NCBI GenBank assembly: GCA_934096755.1
Contig: CAKOMU010000002.1
Span: 1 to 37,002 of the forward strand
DNA from: an uncultured Bacilli bacterium
GTDB lineage: Bacteria; Bacillota_I; Bacilli_A; RF39; UBA660
Direction of reading: 5' to 3'
DNA length: 37,002 nucleotides
Part shown: piece by piece, positions 17,495 through 23,619 of the stretch
How the letters are laid out: each line of letters begins with the position of its first letter
How positions within the stretch are numbered: position 1 is the first letter of the stretch
Position numbers and translations under genes: made by a program
The notes under the pieces: model-generated
What the model was told of the DNA's origin: nothing
The model's database searches: none
What the model saw: the letters and a program-made list of their open reading frames with translations, nothing else

Positions 17495-17714
17495 CTTATC
17501 ATCCTTTCTTATTAAAAAAAGCCTAAAAACGTAAGGGCGAGAAAAAAGTTCGCGGTACCACCTTACTTTTTAGGCTTTAATTTTTATCGCATCTTTCGCG
17601 TTTTATGTTACTAGAAAATTGTTTTTCGATTATTCAGTATTATGGCATTTCCACCATCTAGCCTTCTCTTGTAATACTTCGATAATTTACTCATTTTCCC
17701 ATAAAATTTAATAT
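17495..17714 (-). promoter_or_regulatory. T-box leader of aspS-gatCAB; specifier most likely AAC (Asn), with AAA as the alternative register
   Basis: Stem I (17613-17700): base helix GGAAAAU/AUUUUCU, 5' loop GAGUAA, AG bulge AAGAGAAGG, distal loop UAGAUGGUGGAAAU, 3' specifier loop CGAAAAACA. T-box core: GUAAGG-UGGUACC-GCGA ... UCGC-CCUUAC (17531-17566). Outer helix plus U7 at 17514-17578. Confidence 0.8.
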
Positions 17715-17720
17715 GTTTTC

Positions 17721-17749
17721 ATTTTACCTTATTAACAGGACTTTGTCAA
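17721..17749 (-). promoter_or_regulatory. Sigma-A promoter of the aspS-gatCAB T-box leader
   Basis: TTGACA (17744-17749), 17 nt, TAAAAT (17721-17726). Confidence 0.65.
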
Positions 17750-17755
17750 TAAAAG

Positions 17756-18130
17756 TCAATTAATATTTTGAAATAATTCTGTTAGTTTTTGGGATAGTGA
17801 TGCCATAGAATCATTATTGATAATAAAATAATCTGCATAGGCAATTGGCCCCGATTTAGCAATATTTTCAATTTCACTAATATCCCTTTTTTGAGCTTCT
17901 TCATTATTTAAAGGTCTTATTTCTCTTTGAGATAGTCTTTCATAACGCAATTTTTTATCTGTGATGATTGCAATTGTTTGTAAAGAAGAAAATTCTTCTT
18001 TTAATATTTTTTAATTCATCCATAGTGACACCCCCAAAATAGATCTTTTGGTAACCTTTTTGTTCAAAAAAGCACTCACAATGGATTTACCACTACCACA
18101 CATTCCTACTATTGCGATTAATTTATTCAT
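17756..18130 (-). pseudogene. Frameshifted and shortened P-loop kinase-like gene (UPF0200 / dephospho-CoA-kinase-related family)
   Basis: ATG 18130 with an AAGGAG RBS gives MNKLIAIVGMCGSGKSIVSAFFEQKGYQKIYFGGVTMDELK, then the frame breaks at an A6 run (T-run 18007-18012). The -1 frame continues ILKEEFSSLQTIAIITDKKLRYERLSQREIRPL...ADYFIINNDS...; only this tail (17756..17950) is in the ORF track. Even after repair it would be about 130 aa, against about 180 aa that I recall for the family. Confidence 0.6.
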
Positions 18131-18138
18131 TTTTCTCC

Positions 18139-19389
18139 TTAAATATTTCCTAATAACCAATCAATAATTTCATATTCATCGATTTTAATTTCTTCTTTAG
18201 TAGCATTGTCTTTTATTGTTACTAGACCTTTTTGTAATTCTTCATCTTTTAAAATAATTAAAAATTTGGCATGAAGATTGTCAGCTACTTTAAATTGTGA
18301 TTTTAGACTTAAATCATTATTATTAAGTTCAACATAAAGATTATTTAATCGTAAGTCTTGAGCTATTTGTAAAGCATGAATTTTTTCTTCATTAGATACA
18401 CATAAAATGTAAGCATCAACTTGTTGATTTAGACAATCGGTTAATTCAGCTTTTTTCAACTCGATAATTATTCTTTCTAAACCGAGAGCAAAACCAATCG
18501 CAGGAGTTTTTGGGCCACCAAGATTTTCTACTAGATCATCGTAACGGCCACCACCACCAAGAGTGATTCCATCTTCAGTAAGATATTCCCAAACATTTTC
18601 ATTATAATAATCTAAACCTCGTACAATTTTATCATTGATTTCATAATCAACATCTAGTAAATTCAGTAACTCTTTTACTTGAGCAAAACGATCTGCACTT
18701 GCTTGACTTAAATAATCAGTTATTTTGGGAGCATTTTTTAAGATTTCATTTTCAGCATCCACTTTGCAATCTAATATTCGTAAAGGATTAGTGGTCAATC
18801 TTCTTTGACAGTCTTCACAAAGTTCGTTAATATGTGGTGTTAAATACTCAATTAAAGCTTTAGTATAATTATCGCGACTTTCTTTATCTCCTAGAGTATT
18901 AATTGCTACACTGATATTTTCAAGTCCCAAACTTTTTAATAAGTAATAGCCCATACTGATAATTTCAGCATCAATAATTGGATCACTAGAACCAAATGCT
19001 TCAGCACCAAATTGAGTAAATTCTCGGTTACGTCCAGCTTGTGGTCTTTCATAGCGGTACATCGTGCCATTATAAAATAGTTTCACAGCATCATTACGGT
19101 TACCATATAATTTATTTTCGATAAAGCTACGAACAACACCGGCAGTACCTTCAGGTCTTAAAGTCAGTAAACGGTCACCACGATCCTTAAAATCGTATGT
19201 TTCTTTACTAACTATATCTGTATATTCGCCAACACTACGGTGATATAATTGTGTATCTTCAAAAATTGGTGTGCGAATATATTCATAATTATAGGCTTCC
19301 ATAAAAGCATTTATGGTATTAGAAATTGCCATATAATACTTACCATCTTCATTGATTAAATCATATGTTCCTTTAGGTTTTGTAATCAT
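18139..19389 (-). CDS. hisS: Histidyl-tRNA synthetase
   Basis: Start at MITKPKGTYDL (ATG 19389, AAAGGAAGGA RBS). Class II motifs LRPEGTAGVVR, YRYERPQAGRNREFTQFG and GGGGRYD. C-terminal anticodon-binding domain. Confidence 0.92.
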   Translation of the reverse strand: MITKPKGTYDLINEDGKYYMAISNTINAFMEAYNYEYIRTPIFEDTQLYHRSVGEYTDIVSKETYDFKDRGDRLLTLRPEGTAGVVRSFIENKLYGNRNDAVKLFYNGTMYRYERPQAGRNREFTQFGAEAFGSSDPIIDAEIISMGYYLLKSLGLENISVAINTLGDKESRDNYTKALIEYLTPHINELCEDCQRRLTTNPLRILDCKVDAENEILKNAPKITDYLSQASADRFAQVKELLNLLDVDYEINDKIVRGLDYYNENVWEYLTEDGITLGGGGRYDDLVENLGGPKTPAIGFALGLERIIIELKKAELTDCLNQQVDAYILCVSNEEKIHALQIAQDLRLNNLYVELNNNDLSLKSQFKVADNLHAKFLIILKDEELQKGLVTIKDNATKEEIKIDEYEIIDWLLGNI

Positions 19390-19421
19390 TTTATCAGTCC
19401 TTCCTTTGTGTATTTTAACAC

Positions 19422-19462
19422 AAAAAAAAAGAAAATTGAATATAAACAAATCAATTTCTTTT
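19422..19462 (-). terminator. Intrinsic terminator inside the hisS 5' leader (attenuator)
   Basis: On the minus strand: AAAAGAAAUUGA-UUUGUUUAUA-UUCAAUUUUCUUUU, an A/U-rich stem of about 12 bp with one bulge, followed by U9. It lies about 35 nt upstream of the hisS RBS. Confidence 0.55.
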
Positions 19463-19729
19463 AAAATAATTTAACATGTGCATTAATCTGTTAAAAATGG
19501 TGAATCAATGGTCCAATTTCCATTTTCCCATATTTTTTTCGTGCTCACCACGTTCCACAAAAGCACATAATCGACTTTTTACCACTCTAAACTTAAATTA
19601 TCAACCATATTAATTAGTGACATTCAATTCTTATAAACTTTAGCTAATTTTTCTAGTTTTAATATTTTCAAAAACAACTTCTTTTCATTATTAGTTCTAG
19701 GCTAAAAAGGAACAGTTAAGTGATTTTTT

Positions 19730-20463
19730 TTATAACGATAATGTATTTTTATAGTTAAAGTCATTCAAATCGTCAAATAAATCATTATATTCATGTAGCA
19801 AAAAAATATTATTAAAATAAATTAGATTATTTTCAATATACCAAGAATTTTGATTGCGAGCTAAAAAATTAAATAGTTTTTTCTCTTCCTCTAAAAATTC
19901 AACATAGTCTTCGATACTATCATTTATAATTGCTAAACCTTCATCATTTACACTTAAAACAAAATCTAAATAATAATCTAAATAATATGCATTTACTTTT
20001 TTTTCTAAATAACTCTTTATTTTATAATCTGCATGCATAGATGTAATACTCTTTTTAATATCAATTAATTTTTCATAAGTTTCATTTACATAATTTAAGC
20101 TTTTCGTAAAATTTTTACCATCAATTATAAAGTTTTCTATAGTTATTAATTCTGTAGCTTTTTTATCGTTAAATACATCATATAATTTCTTTGATTCGTT
20201 TATAAAATCCTTAAGATAATTTTTAGATGCTTTTTCTATAACTAAATAGTCATTATTACTTACATATGTATTTAATTTATTTTCTAAAGATTGGTCCCAT
20301 AAACCATAATTTTCTATTATATCTTCTATTTCTTCAAATTCTTTATCTAACTTCCAATCATTTTTAACCATATTAAAAATATTATAACCTACAAACGTCC
20401 ATAAACTTATTATAAAAATCGTCGATATAATTAATATTAATTTAATATTTTTTTCTTTGTCAT
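19730..20463 (-). CDS. Hypothetical membrane-anchored protein, with its N-terminus disrupted by or dependent on an A7 homopolymer
   Basis: ATG 20463 (GGTGA RBS) reads MTKKKILN*. Shifting one nt inside the A7 run (T-run 20448-20454) gives MTKKK-NIKLILIISTIFIISLWTFVGYNIFN, which joins the tracked ORF (MVKNDWKLDKEFEE...). Confidence 0.55.
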
Positions 20464-21134
20464 TTTATCACCTAGGATAATATTATCATTTTTCTATAAT
20501 TTTTTAAATATATATACATAATTTTTTTAAAATTGTTAACATGTTCAGGAAACAAAGAGACAAACGAATACAAAAAATTTAGCTTATAGTAAACATACAT
20601 TTCTTTGGAACTGTATAGCTTTAGTAAAATATTAAGAAGATGAGAATTATATTTCCAATCTTATAATAACAAAATTATTAGATAAATTAATTAATGATTA
20701 TACTAAAATATGTACTAAATTAATTGCTTTATTGGGGAAAAATACAAATGAATGATAAATTTTTATTTAGTAGATGTTATAAATAATGAAAAATGTTTTC
20801 TTAACTTAGATCTTTATATGATAGAAGCTAATGCTAAAAATATATAATAATTACTTATATTTTTTTAAAGTCTTAAATCAAATAGTTAAAGTAATATTTA
20901 ACTTTGTTTATGAATTAAATTTTATGAAATTCAAATTGAAACCGATTTCTAATCGTATCATTTCGATATACGTCTCATACTATTACTCTATTTAATATTA
21001 TAATTTGATGTTTCTGCTATATAATTCTAATAATGTATATTTATCGTGGTTAATTTGCTTTTACTAGAATCATAATCAAAGTAATTGAAGTTGGTGGTTG
21101 TAAGCCTTGAAGTAGTACCATGCAAGTATTTTTG

Positions 21135-21610
21135 TTAATTTTGATTGGAATTAAAACACACTTCCAAATTGCTATTAGAATCAGCTAAGGATATACCGGT
21201 TGCAACCCAAGAATAATTATTTATAAATCTTATAAATGCTGGTATTTTATGCCAATAAATTGTAACTACAGGCTTATTAGTTTTTAACTTATAAATGAAT
21301 AACTAATAAGTTTGGTACCCATTTTTTGGTGACGATATAATGGATTAACATAAATAGTACATAATTTCTTTTCTAGGCGTTCTTCTTTTATACAGCTAAG
21401 TGCAATTACTTGGGCATTAGAATTTAGTATAAAGAGTATATCACCACGATTTAAATAAATACGCATTATTGTTTTATAAAAGAACCAACTTTTAAAATTA
21501 GTATATTCTTTGGTTAAAAAGTTGATATTTTCATATAATTGATTTGTTAGTAAAACAAACTCTAATCTATTTAATAAAAAATATCTTCTAAAGGAATCAA
21601 TATGCAGCAT
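21135..21610 (-). pseudogene. GNAT-family N-acetyltransferase-like gene, frameshifted
   Basis: ATG 21610 lies 1 nt after the aspS2 stop. Acetyl-CoA motif VNPLYRHQKMGTKLI. The frame ends at 21284, but the +2 frame continues LKTNKPVVTIYWHKIPAFIRFINNYSWVATGISLADSNSNLEVCFNSNQN*, with further open sequence past that stop. Confidence 0.5.
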
Positions 21611-21611
21611 A

Positions 21612-23357
21612 TTAATTTTCTTTGTTTTTGATTGCAATACCAAGTTCATCAAGTTGGGCTTGTTCCACCTCATTAGGACAATTACTCATTAAATCACTAG
21701 CGCTAGCAGTTTTAGGAAATGCTATAACGTCACGAATATTATCTGTGTTTGTCAGTAACATTGTTAAACGATCTAGTCCAAAAGCCAATCCACCATGAGG
21801 AGGTGTTCCATATTTTAGAGCATCTACAAAGAAACCAAATTTACTTTTTATTTGTTCTTCACTTAATTCCAACGCTTCAAACATTTTTTCTTGTACTTTT
21901 TCATCATGAATACGAATAGATCCCCCTCCAGCTTCATAGCCATTAATAACAATATCATAGGCTTTAGAATAACAATGCGCTTTATCGGTAAGTAATTTAT
22001 CGATATCTTCATCTTTAGGTGCTGTAAATGGATGATGTGTTGCCATAAAACGATTTTCTTCTTCACTCCATTCAAATGATGGAAAATCTACAACCCAAAG
22101 TAAACGATACGCATTTTGATCTATCAAATTTAAATCTTTCCCTAATTTATTTCTTAAAGCCCCTAAACTAGTTTTAACAATGTTATACTTACCAGTTGCT
22201 ATTAAAACTAAATCATTTGTTTCTAAGTGCAAGCTATTTATAAGGTTATCTTTTTCTTCATTACTCATAGCTTTAGCAATCGAACCCGTTAATTCGTCTT
22301 CAACTTTTAAATATGCCAATCCTGAAGCTTGATATTTTTTAACAAATTCCGTAAGCTTATCTATATCTTTACGTGAATAAATGTTGGCAGCATTTTTCAC
22401 TACTAAAGCATTGATAATACCACCTTCTGCTAGATTGCTTGCAAAAAAATTAATACTTGTATATTTAAATATTTCCGTAATATCTAAAATTGGCATTTCA
22501 AATCGTAAATCAGGTTTATCTACGCCATAATTTTTGATAGCATCGTCATATTTCATTCTTTCTAAAGGCAATTTAATATCAATATTTTTGATTTCTTTGA
22601 AAATGTATGCAATTAATTTTTCAGCTAAACTCATCACATCATCTTCATCAACAAAGCTCATTTCAATATCAACTTGAGTAAATTCAGGTTGACGATCTGC
22701 TCTTAAATCTTCATCACGAAAACATTTCGTAATTTGAAAATAACGTTCTATACCCCCAACCATTAATAATTGTTTGAAGATTTGTGGTGATTGTGGAAGC
22801 GCATAAAAAGATCCTTTATTTACTCGAGAAGGAACTAAATAATCTCTCGCACCTTCTGGGGTACTTTTGCATAAAATTGGTGTTTCTACTTCAATGAACC
22901 GTTCATTATTTAAAAACTTACGAATAGCAAAAGTAATATTATTACGTGTAATTAAATTATTGACAAGACTGTTACGTCTTAAATCTAAGTAACGATATTT
23001 TAAACGGGTATCTTCTAAAGCTGTTGTATTATCACTAATTTCAAATGGTAATTCTAGCGATTTATTTAAAATTTCTAAATCTGTAAGAGAAATTTCAATT
23101 TCACCAGTGGCTAAATTAGGATTTGCTTTTTCTCTTTTTAAAACTTCACCAGTTATTTTAATAACATATTCATTTTTTAAGGTATTTGCCAAATCATAAC
23201 AAGCACTATTTGGTCTTACGACTAACTGAATAATACCAGATCGATCACGCAAATCAATAAAAATTACTCCTCCTAAATCACGTATTTTAGCTACCCAACC
23301 ATTAAGAGTAACTATTTCGCCAATATTTTTTTTGTCTAAATCAGTATTCATTAACAT
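21612..23357 (-). CDS. aspS: Aspartyl-tRNA synthetase copy 2
   Basis: 581 aa, bacterial type with a GAD insertion. QSPQIFKQLLM, FRDEDLRADRQPEFTQ and GLAFGLDRLTM motifs. A full-length paralog of copy 1, with conserved blocks readily alignable by eye. Confidence 0.92.
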   Translation of the reverse strand: MLMNTDLDKKNIGEIVTLNGWVAKIRDLGGVIFIDLRDRSGIIQLVVRPNSACYDLANTLKNEYVIKITGEVLKREKANPNLATGEIEISLTDLEILNKSLELPFEISDNTTALEDTRLKYRYLDLRRNSLVNNLITRNNITFAIRKFLNNERFIEVETPILCKSTPEGARDYLVPSRVNKGSFYALPQSPQIFKQLLMVGGIERYFQITKCFRDEDLRADRQPEFTQVDIEMSFVDEDDVMSLAEKLIAYIFKEIKNIDIKLPLERMKYDDAIKNYGVDKPDLRFEMPILDITEIFKYTSINFFASNLAEGGIINALVVKNAANIYSRKDIDKLTEFVKKYQASGLAYLKVEDELTGSIAKAMSNEEKDNLINSLHLETNDLVLIATGKYNIVKTSLGALRNKLGKDLNLIDQNAYRLLWVVDFPSFEWSEEENRFMATHHPFTAPKDEDIDKLLTDKAHCYSKAYDIVINGYEAGGGSIRIHDEKVQEKMFEALELSEEQIKSKFGFFVDALKYGTPPHGGLAFGLDRLTMLLTNTDNIRDVIAFPKTASASDLMSNCPNEVEQAQLDELGIAIKNKEN

Positions 23358-23584
23358 AATATCAATCCTTTCTAAAATAAAAATGAATTAAGAAAGCCTA
23401 AGGACGAGTGTAACCCGCGGTGCCACCTTAATTCATAAATTTATGCTCTTTTTTTCTTATCGCGAAAAAACGTTTATTTTTATATTGTTTGCTGTCTTCA
23501 AAATGTTCTTTTACTAATTCTCATCTGCCATTAGCTTTCTTTAAAAAGAAACATCTTTACTAGGTCAAACTAAATAAATATTAC
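23358..23584 (-). promoter_or_regulatory. T-box leader of aspS copy 2 with a GAC (Asp) specifier
   Basis: Stem I (23487-23570): base GUUUG/CAAAC, 5' loop CUAGUA, 3' loop GAA-GAC-A (GAC = 23494-23496), upper helix AAGAUGUU.CUUUU/AAAAG.AACAUUUU, AG-type bulge AAAGAAAG, distal hairpin GCUAAU-GGCAGAUGAGA-AUUAGU. Stem III is UUUUUUC-GCGAUAA-GAAAAAA. T-box core is UAAGG-UGGCACC-GCGGG ... CUCGU-CCUUA. Confidence 0.8.
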
Positions 23585-23590
23585 TTTTTA

Positions 23591-23619
23591 AATATACTAC
23601 ATATTTGTTTAACTGTCTA
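23591..23619 (-). promoter_or_regulatory. Putative sigma-A promoter of the aspS2 T-box leader
   Basis: TAGACA (23614-23619), 17 nt, TATATT (23591-23596). It overlaps the stop of the upstream gene. Confidence 0.5.

Noticed and set aside
19390-19449. 20-aa N-terminal extension of hisS (MFIFNFLFFCVKIHKGRTDK).
   Set aside because: It runs through the poly-U tail of the leader terminator and the RBS. The conserved HisRS N-terminus begins at MITKPKGTYD with an AAAGGAAGGA RBS.
21611-21673. Extension of the GNAT-like ORF that overlaps the 3' end of aspS2.
   Set aside because: An ATG at 21610 directly after the aspS2 stop gives a sensible start. The overlap is the out-of-frame shadow of a conserved gene.
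23480-23545. First impression that the aspS2 T-box has a truncated Stem I lacking the distal platform.
   Set aside because: I had misread GAUGAGA in the distal loop as the K-turn. With the upstream promoter (TAGACA-17-TATATT) the leader is about 45 nt longer. It folds into a complete Stem I with an AG-type bulge and a distal hairpin around the GAA-GAC-A specifier loop.
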